NCBI GenBank assembly: GCA_951406725.2
Contig: OX597822.1
Coordinates: 34,968,001-35,032,000 of the forward strand
Length of the DNA stretch: 64,000 bases
Direction: 5' to 3'
Source of the DNA: Octopus vulgaris
Lineage: Eukaryota
This document shows, one piece after another, positions 52,334 through 64,000 of the stretch (positions are counted from its first letter, which is position 1; every line of letters starts with the position of its first letter). The position numbers and the translations under genes were made by a program. The notes beneath the pieces were generated by a model. It searched no databases and was not told the origin of the DNA. It saw nothing but the letters and a program-made list of their open reading frames with translations.

Positions 52334-52659
52334 GTGAAGGCGCGTGGCTTAGTGGTTAGGGCATTCGGCTCAAGATCGTATGGTTGTGAGTTTAATTCCC
52401 AGCGACGTGCTGTGTTCGTGAGCAAGACACTTTGTTTCATGCTGCTCCAGTCCACTCAGCCGGCAAAAATGAGTAGTACCTGTATTTCAAAGGGGCCAAC
52501 TTTGTCATATTGTGTATCATGCTGAAGTTCCCAGTGAATTACGCTGAGGGTAACGCGTGTCTGTAGAATGTTCAGCCACCTGCATGTCAATTTCACGAGC
52601 AGGCTGTTCTGTTGATCGGATCAACTGGAACCCACGTCGTCATAACCGACGGAGTGCCA

Positions 52660-52660
<1 letters not shown>
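52334..52660 (+). mobile_element. SINE type C, full length, in (TA)n
   Basis: A box tggcttagtgg, B-box-like gagtttaattcc, gagcaagacacttt core, tail ...aaccgacggagtgcc. Confidence 0.9.
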
Positions 52661-52739
<79 letters not shown>

Positions 52740-52870
52740 ATGAGGGTGTCAAAGACACCAACATGCCGAAATAGCAGTCGAAACTCTGACTATAAAACCA
52801 CGTTAAATGTTCATATCGCACCATGAGGTAAAGCGGAGGGACAAAACATACAAGCAAAAATTATTGAATA

Positions 52871-52930
52871 ATTCAAGATCCAAGGATTTCTGGTTCTGCT
52901 TTAGATAAGCTTTACCGTCATCAATTGAAT
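52871..52930 (-). ncRNA. Hammerhead-like motif, inverted twin of 53290-53349
   Basis: Reverse complement of 53290-53349. Confidence 0.6.
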
Positions 52931-53289
52931 ATATCAAGGGTACATAAATACCGATATATATATGCACAGCAAACGATATACTTACATACACGATATACTT
53001 ACATACACGATATACTTACATACACCTTTGTAAGGTATTTCTTTCATGCTGGCCACTAGATAATTTCGACACTTAAATATCGATATTATCCTCATATATA
53101 AATTTATATAATTCGTTATTATATTCACTGCGGTGCTTATTTTAACCATATCGTACTTATGCGGTGATTCGGCGGGCGATTCAAACTGGCTGTGTCCATA
53201 CGTGCATATGTATGTATGTACGACGCTCGTGTATGTAAGTATATCGTTTGCTGTGCATATATATATCTGTATTTATGTACCCTTGATAT

Positions 53290-53349
53290 ATTCAATTGAT
53301 GACGGTAAAGCTTATCTAAAGCAGAACCAGAAATCCTTGGATCTTGAAT
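53290..53349 (+). ncRNA. Type I hammerhead-like motif with a U3 variant core
   Basis: AUUCAA-UUGAUGA-C-GGU..GCUU(aucua)AAGC..ACC-A-GAAA-UCC(uu)GGA-UC-UUGAAU; 6-bp stem I, AUC triplet. Confidence 0.62.
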
Positions 53350-53584
53350 TATTCAATAATTTTTGCTTGTATGTTTTGTCCTTCCGCTTTACCTCATGGT
53401 GCGATATGAACATTTAACGTGGTTTTATAGTCAGAGTTTCGACTGCTATTTCGGCATGTTGGTGTCTTTGAGATACCCTCATTTTTAATTGTTAAAATTT
53501 TTTTTTACCTTTGTAAGGTATTTCTTTCATGCTGGCCACTAGATAATTTCGACACTTAAATATCGATATTATCCTCATATATAA

Positions 53585-53633
<49 letters not shown>

Positions 53634-53701
53634 CATACACGCACACTCACACATAAAAATGTATATATGAATTCGTATGTATTGGAGAGAGAGAGAGAGA
53701 G

Positions 53702-53795
<94 letters not shown>

Positions 53796-53815
53796 CATAT
53801 ATATATATATATATA

Positions 53816-53887
53816 TTCAGTGTTCTGTTTCTGATGCATCGCTTTACGTCCAGTATATAAAGTGTTCGTCAGACAATGAACGCTGAA
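53816..53887 (+). ncRNA. Pre-miRNA-like hairpin candidate
   Basis: 10-bp basal stem, two 7-bp helices, 11-nt loop, three G-U wobbles on the plus strand. Confidence 0.4.
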
Positions 53888-54675
53888 ATAAGCACCAGAT
53901 TGAAATAACTACTGTGTCGATAATATCAACAATAGATATTGCAGGCGATGCCCTAGTTTCGCTGAAGTCCGATAACTAAGACCAGAACACGAATGAATAA
54001 AAGAATATATATCCTCAGTTATACCAGCCACTTTACTATAGCCATTCGCTGTTTTATGGTTCAATTGAGCAGGCATGAATGTTAAAATGCAAAGCGATAG
54101 CTTTCTGTCTGAGAGCATCGCCTCTCTCTGTATGGGAGAAACCAGTTCTGCTTTGAACTGAGCTTAAAGATATTTGATAGAATTAGATTAGTCTCAGTGG
54201 AAATATAATTTACTTTTATAGAATAAATACAGACCAATGTAGCCTGCAGAAACTTTTCTCTGCGTAAGAACCTTTATAACTTTATATCATGCAATATTCT
54301 CTGCGAAACTATAACACCATGTTATTCTACAGAAATTAAATTTATCCTGGTTCAGAAGTTATCAATGTCATATATACACATGGCCGAATCCAGACAGATT
54401 CAGCGGTTTTGTTTTCTGCTCTTTATAGAATCTGGCTTTCTGAATGTTTTATTTTTGCCGTCAGACTTAACTATCAAATGCAAAATGGGAGCCGCCAGGT
54501 ACACAATCGACTTGCTAGCGTTACTAACCAAACTTCCTTCTTATTAGACCTTGTTCTTTTAGAACAGGACGAGCAAGTAGAATAAGCCATAAGTTGAATA
54601 GGCCGCAATGGTTGAATAAGCCGTAAGAGCAATGTGTCCATAAATAAAGGATAAATGCGCTTACACAAATGTTTT

Positions 54676-54877
54676 CATCTCTTTTACTTTTTCATTTGCT
54701 TCAGTCATTTGACTGTGGCCATGCTGGAGCACCAGGACTTATTCTTAGTAAGCCTAGTATTTATTCTATCGGTCTGTTTTGCCAAGCCACTAGGTTATGG
54801 GGACGTAAATACACCACCATCTGTTGTCAAGCGATGTTGGCGAGACAAACACAGACACACAAACGTATACACACACG

Positions 54878-54880
<3 letters not shown>
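54676..54880 (-). mobile_element. SINE type B 3' half; probable partner 5' half at 57079
   Basis: cagtcatttgactgtggccatgctggagcacc...ttgtcaagcgatgttgg. Confidence 0.85.
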
Positions 54881-54908
<28 letters not shown>

Positions 54909-55718
54909 GGAAAAGCAGCTTAGACCCTAATACATGTCTAAACTCAAGGACAGAACTTTTCGGATCATGCCCATGTGTGACTAAATTTTTGATACGTTTT
55001 TGGTCCCCTAAAGAGAACAGATAGAACATGCTTTCTATGTTATGTCCCAAAAAGTTTTTTATCTCATTATACCTTTTATTATTTCATATATTTTTATATT
55101 TTCACACATAATAATTTTTTCTGTACTTTTCTATCCTGCATTTTTTCCTGTGCCTATATAGACGTGTATATAGATTCATTTGTACACGTGTGTGAATATG
55201 TATGAGTGGGCAGTTTTAGATGTGTGCGTGTGTGCGGGCATAAGAATGCACATATATATATATAGACGTTTTTACTTAGTATTTTTCAAAAAAAATTGGG
55301 GAGGGGGGGACATATGTATATTCATTTTTTGTATATGCGTGTGTATGTATGCGTATATAAATATGTGCGGGTATGTACATATATGGGCGCGTGTGTGTAT
55401 GAGTGCATAGGGGCATGTCCGTATATGAACGTGGTTTTTATGCTTTGTATACTTCCTTATGCGTTTTTTCTGTTATCTTTAACCATGGTTTTTCTTGTGT
55501 TTGTGCGTATATAGACGTATGTATGAACTTTTACGGTACGCATGTGTGTGTGTATGAGGTTGTATATATATACGTATATATTTGGCGAAAAATGCGAGTG
55601 AAGATGTGTACGTTTTCATAGTGACGTATAAGTACGCACGTGGGTTCGCGAGCAGAATTATAATACAGTAATTTCCCTTTATATAACGGTATTTTTTCAT
55701 AGCGTTTTTCAGATGGCC

Positions 55719-55781
55719 AGATAACCGAAGAGATGGTGTTGTGGATTTCCACTTCGGCATCTGAAACTCAGAGTTTTATCT
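55719..55781 (+). ncRNA. Hammerhead-like motif with core mutation, same family as 31919
   Basis: AGAUAA-CCGAAGA-GAUG...CAUC-U-GAAA-CUCAGAG-UU-UUAUCU; perfect 6-bp stem I. Confidence 0.55.
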
Positions 55782-55909
55782 TGACTATTGAGTAATGTAA
55801 CATATTATTTTATAGATAAATTTCCTCTATTTACATAATATTGAGGTCTCTTTTCTTTTTTTTTGTTATCTTACCGTTTTTACCAATATATATATACATG
55901 TATATACAT

Positions 55910-55952
<43 letters not shown>

Positions 55953-55969
55953 CATATATATATACATAC

Positions 55970-56002
<33 letters not shown>

Positions 56003-56016
56003 CATATATTAAAAAG

Positions 56017-56336
56017 ACTCCGCCGGTTACGACGACGAGGGTCCCAGCTGATACGATCAACGGAACAGCTTGCTCGTGAAATTAACGTGCAAATGGCTGA
56101 GCATTCCACAGACACGTGTACTCTTAACGTAGTTCTCGGGGATAATCTGCGTGACACAGAGAGTGACAAGGATGACCCTTTGAAATACAAGTTCAACTCA
56201 TTTTTGCCAGCTGAGTGGACTGGAGCAACGTGAAATAAAGTGTCTTGCTCAAGGACACAACGCGTCGCCGGGAATCGAACTCACAACCTTACGATCATGA
56301 GCCGAATGCCCTAACCACTAAGCCACGCGCCCTCAC
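56017..56336 (-). mobile_element. SINE type C, full length
   Basis: Reverse strand gtgagggcgcgtggcttagtggttaggg...gagttcgattcccgg...tgtgtccttgagcaagacac. Confidence 0.92.
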
Positions 56337-56406
56337 ATACATATATATATACATACACATATACATATATATATACATATATACATATATATACATATAC
56401 ATATAC

Positions 56407-56459
<53 letters not shown>

Positions 56460-56590
56460 CATATATATACATATACATATACATATATATACATATATAT
56501 ATATATACATATATACACATATATATATATATATACACATATATATATATATATATACATATACACATATATATATATACATATATATAC

Positions 56591-56659
<69 letters not shown>

Positions 56660-56736
56660 TACACATATATATATATATGCATATATACATATATATATAT
56701 ATACATATATACATATATATATATACATATATATAC

Positions 56737-56767
<31 letters not shown>

Positions 56768-56856
56768 CATATATATACATATATATACATATATATACAT
56801 ATATATATACATATATATACATATATATATACATATATATACATATATATACATAC

Positions 56857-56901
<45 letters not shown>

Positions 56902-57075
56902 TATATACATATATATATATACATATATATACATATATATATATACATATATATATATATATGCATATATATATATATATATACATATATATACATATAT
57001 ACATATATATACATATACATATATATATACACATATATATATATATACATATATATATACATATATATATACATG
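56337..57075. repeat. ~740-bp compound (TA)n/(TACA)n array
   Basis: Direct observation; source of the 256-300 aa pseudo-ORFs. Confidence 0.95.
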
Positions 57076-57078
57076 TAT

Positions 57079-57241
57079 ACGACGTGCTTCTTTCAGTTTC
57101 CATCTACTCAATCCACTCACAAGGCTTTGGTCGGCCCGAGGCTATAGTAGAAGACACTTGCCCAAGGAGCCACGCAGTGGGACTGAACCCAGAACTATGT
57201 GGTTGGTAAGCAAGATACTTACCACATAGCCACTCCTACGC
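57079..57241 (-). mobile_element. SINE type B 5' half
   Basis: cttctttcagtttccatctac...gaagacacttgcccaagg...tagccactcctacgc. Confidence 0.9.
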
Positions 57242-57739
57242 ATATCATTCATTATTTCTTAAAGTACTTTCAGGTGACGTAAATGTATTAGTAGCTGTTC
57301 TCTTTGTAAGTCATGTATCCTTGAAAAGTTAACAAAGCCAGCGTTAATTAGAAAAGCTCGGTTTGTGGCTTCAGGTTCAGTCCCAAAATGCGGCAACTAG
57401 GGTTAGTACTTTTTATCATAGACCAAAACTAACTAATGCCTTGTCGGTGGATTTCTTGAACTGTAACTGAAAGAAACCCATGTATGTTTTCCTGGCTAAA
57501 AAGTTAAAGGTATTATTGATATCGAGTTACCTTTCCTTGCATCTCACCTCGTTCGAATTTTTCAGGTTTAATGCGATTCTCTTCAAAATGAACGAAAGCA
57601 CTGTACATTTTCTCCATGATGCTTTGCGTTTGTTTAAATTTTGTGGGTTTGATGTGGTTCTCTTTAAAATTGACGGACTTATTCAGTATATTCTTTCTCC
57701 ACAATTAAAAATGAATTGCAATTATTTTCTTTTATTCGT

Positions 57740-58135
57740 TTACTCTTTTACTTGTTTTAGCCATGCGGCCATGCTGGAGCACCGCCCTAAAGACTTTTAG
57801 TCGAACAAATCGAACCCAGGACTCAATTTTTGTAAGCTCAGTACTTATTCTATCGGTCTCTTTTGCCAAACAGCTAGGCTACGGGAACATAAACACACCA
57901 ACATCAGTTGTCAAGTGATGGTGAGGGGGGGCAAACACAGACACATAAACACACATACATATATAAATATACGATGAGCTCCTATCAGTTTCCGTCTACC
58001 AAATCCGTTTACGAGGCTTTGGTCGGCCCGAAGGCACTTGCAGAAGACACTTGCCCAAGCTCCCATAGGGTGGGACTGAACCTGGAATCATGTGATTAGG
58101 AAGCAAGTTTCTTACCACACAGCCACGGCTGCACC
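57740..58135 (-). mobile_element. SINE type B, full length
   Basis: Both halves with a short internal (CA)/(TA) spacer. Confidence 0.88.
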
Positions 58136-58536
58136 TATAACTTTCCACAGAAATACTATCCTTTTATTATATCAGGTTTAAAGCAGACTTTGTATTTTAT
58201 AATCGGCTTGGAGAGAAGTATTTTTTGCAAAATACAGCAGTCCTTGAAGCAGATGCTTTGGAATACTTCCCGTTTCCATTTAATTACATGGCCTGTTCTT
58301 TTACAGTCTCCTACATCATAAGAGGTTTATGCTTATAAAACCTTCAAAATAGTTTCTCATATTCTCTCTAAGATTTACACATAATATCCATGTTTTACAT
58401 CCATATAGCAAGATGAACAAATCACATGACTAAAAATAGAAATAGAAAATAGTGTAAAAAATATTTATTATTCACACATTAGTGAAGTTTATGATTTTCT
58501 TAATGATATCATTTCACTTTATTATTAGTTAAATAA

Positions 58537-58947
58537 CGCGGCAAACTGGAAGAGTTTTCATTGTGCTAGATTAGCGTGAATTCCAACTTTACGCTCTGAC
58601 TTCAAGTTTCGCCGTTGTCGGCTTTGTCATTCATCCTTACGGAGTCGATAAAATAAACAACAGTCGAAGACTGGGATCGACATAATCGACTTACCACTCC
58701 CCCGAAATCGCTGGTCTTGTGCCAAAGTGTGAAACTATTAATTAGTTAAATAAGGTAGTGAGTTGGTGAATTAAATGCGCTAGATTAAATGCTTAGCTGC
58801 TTTTCTTCCGTTCTGAGTTCAAATTTAGTCACGGTCGACTTTGACTTTCATCATTTCAGGGTCGATAAAATAAGTACCAGTTGATATCTAAGTCGATGTA
58901 ACCGAATAACCACCACCTCACACAACATTTCAGGCATTGTGCCTATA
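58537..58947 (+). mobile_element. Two tandem old SINE type A copies
   Basis: 58537-58740 flanked by TSD attagttaaataa; second copy 58754-58947. Confidence 0.75.
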
Positions 58948-59194
58948 AATTAAATTTATCCTGGTTCAGAGGTTATCATTGTCATTTCTACACATGACCG
59001 AATCCAGATAGATTCAACTGTTTCGTTTTCTGCTTACTAATTAGCTAAGTAATTAAATAAGTAATTGATAAATAATTCAATAGATATTTGAATTAATTCA
59101 TTTCGTAGTCTGTTCAAAAATATAAACTTGAATAATTAATACCTTTGTTAAAATTCTTAAATCGCAACATGTGCCATTATCGCTAATGATGAGG

Positions 59195-59515
59195 CAGTAA
59201 AGGTGCTTGTCTTAGTGGTTAAGGCATTCATCTCATTATCATAAGGTCGTGACTTCCATTCCTGGTAACACGTTGTGTCTTTGAGCGAGACACTTTATTT
59301 CGTGTTGCTCCAGTCCACTCAGCTGGCAAAAATGAGTCGTACCTGTAATTCAAAGGACCAGCTTTGTTACATCCTGTGACAAGCAGAATCTTCCTAAGAA
59401 CAACGTTAACGGTGCTGGTGTCTGGGGAGTGCTCAACCCATATCCAGAGTAGGTCGTTCCGTTGATCGGATCCATCGCAACAGCAGTCGTCGTATCGTAA
59501 CAGCCGGGGTATCAT
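59195..59515 (+). mobile_element. SINE type C, degraded
   Basis: ttgagcgagacactttatttcgtgttgctccagtccactcagctggcaaaaatgagt. Confidence 0.8.
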
Positions 59516-60014
59516 TTTAATGATGTACTGTCCTTGGAATTGCCTGTACTACTGCACTTTCCCGTATAGTTGTTTGGTCAGTCAGAATATTCAAACAAAT
59601 CCTTCACAAAAGATGGAAAAGGACCTAATAATAAGAATGTGATATCGCAGTACAAGTGCAGAAAGGTCATATCGTCAACAATAAGATGTGGGGCTGCGAT
59701 GAAAGACCTTTGATAAACTAAATAACTAGTTACTTAACTAAATATTTAATTATTTAACTAAGTGATAATAAAATGAAGTTAAACATAATCAGGGTGTGTT
59801 TCCGTAGGCAGAGAGACCTACACAAAGTAAAACAAAATCTGTTTCAACACACGATTCCACATCAAAAAAGTTACAGAACTTTCTAAAACCGAAACAATGA
59901 AGTGAAGAATTTGAGAAGTTATTGCTAAAAAATTTTTATATGATGCTTTTCCACGTAGAATCAATTATGGACATACTGCAAGGGAATGTATTTATAAAAA
60001 CGAACAAGATACGC

Positions 60015-60430
60015 AGACATGACATTGTGGTTAGGAAACGCGCTTTGCAAATACTTGGCTCTGCGTTCAGTTTCTTTGTGAGAAACCTTAGGCAAGTAGC
60101 TACTACTATGGCCCAGAGCTGATCAATGATTCATGAGTGAATTTGGTTGAGAAAAACTGTGTGGAATCTCATCGTTCATGTGTGTGTGCATGCATGTGTG
60201 TTTGTCTTTGTGTCAGCGTTTGCCCTCCACCCACAGTGCTTGACAACCTATGTTGGTTTGTTTACCAGTATAGGTTTGATTACGGGCCCGTAACCCAGCG
60301 GTTCGGCATAGGTAAGGAACAAGTACCAAACTTAGAAAATAAGTACCGTGGTAGATTTATTCGACTAAAACCCTTCAAAGCGGTGCCTCATTATGGCTTT
60401 AGTTTCCTGACTGAAATGAATAAAAGGAAC
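60015..60430 (+). mobile_element. SINE type B, old full-length copy
   Basis: ccttaggcaagt core, gcttgacaacc, tcgactaaaacccttcaaagcggtgc, tgactgaaa tail. Confidence 0.7.
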
Positions 60431-61070
60431 AAAAATATTTATTTTTTTAAATTGTATATTAGACAATTAGGTTAGGAGTTTAGGTTAGGATCCCTACAAA
60501 ACGGAGATCGTCACTAACAATGCAACTTGTTTTCTCTATCTTTCTATTTCTGTATCACAGAATTTCATATTTATATATTTATGCTTCACAAACAAATAAA
60601 AATCTGTATCACAGAAACTAATATTTATATACTTATACTTCACAAATAAATAAAAGTCTGGCGAAGCGAATTCGTATATGCCACCACATATCGCCATTGT
60701 ATTAGAGATCTAGATCCTACAAAAGTACCATAGAAATGATAAAATACAAAATTTAAAACAACATATGTGTCAGTAGTGAAAAACAATCATTGTACAGTTC
60801 TTTCCTATCTTAATTATCTCCCTTATAGTTCCGAACTTGTATTTTATAAATAAATAAACGGAAGCATACATAATTTTATTACACAGAAACGCATTCGCAT
60901 TAACTTATTGAACAGAATTGACTGAGACATTGCCCTTTATAAGTACATGTAACCCCATACTTATGTTTATGCGTATAATGTTTGACATATACTGCAAAAA
61001 CGTTATATCAATAACTGTTAAATCTTTAAATATCTAACTCCTCGTAAATCATTTCGATTAACTAGCCTTT

Positions 61071-61141
<71 letters not shown>

Positions 61142-61163
61142 GGTACGTGTGTGGTTGTGCGTA

Positions 61164-61233
<70 letters not shown>

Positions 61234-61266
61234 TGTGTGTGCGTGTACGTTTGTGGGTATATATAT

Positions 61267-61309
<43 letters not shown>

Positions 61310-61351
61310 ATAAGAGAACAAAGTGTACGTAAGTCGCTATATATCTATATA

Positions 61352-61398
<47 letters not shown>

Positions 61399-61784
61399 GA
61401 AATAAAATACAAAATGGGACAAGAACGCAAAACATCCAGATAGACGATACAAAAAAATAAGGACGGGTCATTTGAAGCCTTTTATCTTCAGTCAAGAACC
61501 GGATTCTCCTCGCAATTTCGGCTGATTAATCTTGATATTGCTCCAATCTGGCCAGCCCCAAAGAAAAACTAAGCTAAGAGCATTAGATTCCTTGAAAAAA
61601 AGCATCGTGGAAAGGAAAAATTGGAAACATTTTCTGACCACCTTGAGGTGTTCTGCAAACGTTATTAGACCTAAAGTGTTACGTTGCACAATGGCTGGTG
61701 AGGCGACTTTCCGATGCCCAGTGGACAAGGAGGGCGATACAGCGAGCATGAAAGTGGTGGGTGCGAACCCGAGTGATGTCAACC

Positions 61785-61915
<131 letters not shown>

Positions 61916-62277
61916 TGTGTGTGTGTGTGTGTGTGTGAGTGTGTGTGTGTGTGTGTGAGAGAGAGAGGGAGAGAGAAAGAGTTTACTCTCGAGTGCTACT
62001 GGTAACATGTAACACAGTACAACCTGTTGCATGGTCGGGTTGTAGGCGATTAAACTATCAACGCCACCAAGCTTACTTGGTGAGGAGAGTGATTTGGACA
62101 CCCTATCAAAACCCGTCAAAGGGTGGAGAAGGTCATAAGAGTCAAATTGAATATTTAAGGGTTGGAGATGGAGAAGAGTCTAGAGCTAGAAGCAAAAAAA
62201 AGAGAACGAAAGGTGAATAGAGGAAAAAATTGAAAAGATTAATATAATAGAGATGATAGTCGCTGAAAGATATATAT

Positions 62278-62599
62278 GTGGAGGTGCATTGGCCCAGTGG
62301 TTAGGGCAGTAGATTCGCGGTCGGAGGATCGTGATTTCGAATCCCAGACCGGGCGTTGTGTATGTTTATTGAGCGAAAACGCCTAAAGCTCTATGAGGCT
62401 CCGGCAAGGGGTAAGTGCGACCCCTGTTGTACTCTTTCACCCCAACTTTCTCTCACTCTTTCTTCCTGTTTCTTGCGTAACGCTGCGACGGACTGGCGTC
62501 CCGTCCAGCTGGGTGGGGGGAACACATACGCCATAGAAACCGGGAAACCGGGCCCATGAACCTGACTAGGCTTGAAAAGCGCGCATAAAAAATTTAAAA
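62278..62599 (+). mobile_element. SINE type D, full length, with V-like tail
   Basis: A and B boxes, gcgacggactggcgtcccgtccag, A tail; 12-bp TSD aaagatatatat. Confidence 0.92.
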
Positions 62600-63889
62600 A
62601 AAGATATATATATAAATGTGAATGAGTTTTGCTTTCTTGTTTTTTGCGGGATGTCACCTTCAAGTAGAAGAATTAAGCACGGTCAGTGTGTATATAGAGA
62701 AGGTAACCTCAGTGACGCCATGGTCAAGGCGACGTTATGGGAAGCAACATGGTGGATGCGAACTTTAGCGTATTGATCTGCAGAGAAATCTTAGATTTCT
62801 CTCTGCGGCTTATTGGTTCAATTGTTAAGCTAATTCCTTCAAACATTGTATTTCTAAAAACAAAGTGACACAACGTACAGGTACAAAATAATATTCTAAC
62901 TGGAGTGTATGAATATGATAATACTCTAAGTCTAGGATATTTTCGTTGGCTGTCTTTCTTTTTTTCTAATAAAATGTTGTGTCGAAGTTATTAGCCTTCT
63001 ACGACTTCACTGCTTCCTGTAGTTTTCTTTCCGTTGACAAACTATCGACTATAATATTTCCATAATTCAAATTCTCCAAAAGTTTAATCAGAACCGAACC
63101 TTGTTTTATATGCATAACAGAATAAACAAGCATCTATGCTCGAGAAAGGACTATGTTGTCGAAACAGAAACAGCTTTCAATCAGATAATTGAGCTTCCGT
63201 TCATAGCACAACATAGCAAGAATATAATTTCTATCCTAGACAAGGAATAATGAACCGGAAGTGGGTCGAAATTTTGTGTAATAACCTAAGACGATATTCA
63301 ATTTGCTTTTAATAAAGTCTGGTTGATAGTACTGCCCATTCGTATGTTTTCTGTAATCCAATGTTGTACAGATGACGGATGTCACATGATAATGGCAAGT
63401 ATCTAACAAGATGAAGCAATTACTTATGATGATATACATGCACACACTCACACACACACACTCACACGCACACACACACACACACACGCACACACACAGA
63501 GACACATATACGTACGTGTAGGTGGATGTGTTAGTGTGTGTGTGTGCGCACGCACGTACGTAGGTGTCTGCAATTATATTTAACGTGTTTCTAAACAGTC
63601 GAACCAAGAAAGGCCTTTGCTATGGAATTTACACCCACACGCCTAAACCCCACCACACACATAAATACACACATAAATACATACATATATATGTGTGTGT
63701 GTGTGTGTGTGTATGTGCATATACATACATATATATATATATATATAATCATTATTATTATTATTATTTTACGCATTTTAGAAAAATGTAATTATCAAAA
63801 GAACTTCCTAAAAAACTCAAATTATAGGGGTAATCGCGTTCAGTTGTCCACAACCTTGCTCAATCCCTTGCATGATCTATGTCGCTGTG

Positions 63890-64000
63890 AATATTGGTTT
63901 CAAATTTTGGCACAAGGCCAGCAATTTCAGGCGAGGAAGTAAGTCGAATACATCGTCCCAAGTGCACAACTGGTAATTATTTCATCAACTACGAAAAGGT
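63890..64000 (-). mobile_element. SINE type A 3' end, runs off the window
   Basis: tttcaaattttggcacaaggccagcaatttc...aactggta. Confidence 0.75.

Larger units (their letters stand above)
52732..53593. mobile_element. Young Penelope-type cassette: ~260-bp inverted repeat plus ~85-bp direct repeat
   Basis: 52732-52993 is a near-perfect reverse complement of 53228-53490; 53025-53110 repeats at 53507-53593; 17-bp unit cgatatacttacataca x3. Confidence 0.85.

Noticed and set aside
56245-57147. Longest ORFs in the track (256-300 aa)
   Set aside because: A stop-free compound microsatellite plus SINE ends; not coding.
61470-61560. Type II hammerhead on the minus strand (gccgaaa...ctgaaga)
   Set aside because: Stems I and II do not close convincingly; probably a Penelope-type remnant.
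63236-63412. Minus-strand exon after cttcatcttgttag
   Set aside because: An acceptor-like site and open frame exist, but there is no recognisable motif or donor; consistent with chance.

Overview
AT-rich, repeat-dense eukaryotic non-coding DNA, either intronic or intergenic. The SINE families and very high (TA)n/(CA)n density strongly suggest an octopus/coleoid cephalopod genome; this is inferred from repeat motifs, not from a database search. No intact protein-coding gene is visible, and most ORF-track entries are microsatellite translations. Contents: about 40 copies or fragments of four tRNA-derived SINE types (here called A-D) that swap head, core and tail modules; a decayed Penelope-like GIY-YIG endonuclease with inverted pseudo-LTR-like repeats; two RTE-like LINE 3' ends carrying C2H2 fingers; two non-autonomous Helitrons; several fold-back DNA elements; an old ~2.5-4 kb tandem duplication; and two weak exon candidates. 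The most notable signal is about a dozen hammerhead-ribozyme-like motifs (CUGAnGA...GAAA...UH). They differ in sequence, often have palindromic helix III, sit in short cassettes next to (TA)n tracts and often occur as inverted pairs. The copy at 10711-10803 has an intact core. There is also a pre-miRNA-like hairpin at 53816-53887. All alignments and folds were done by eye.
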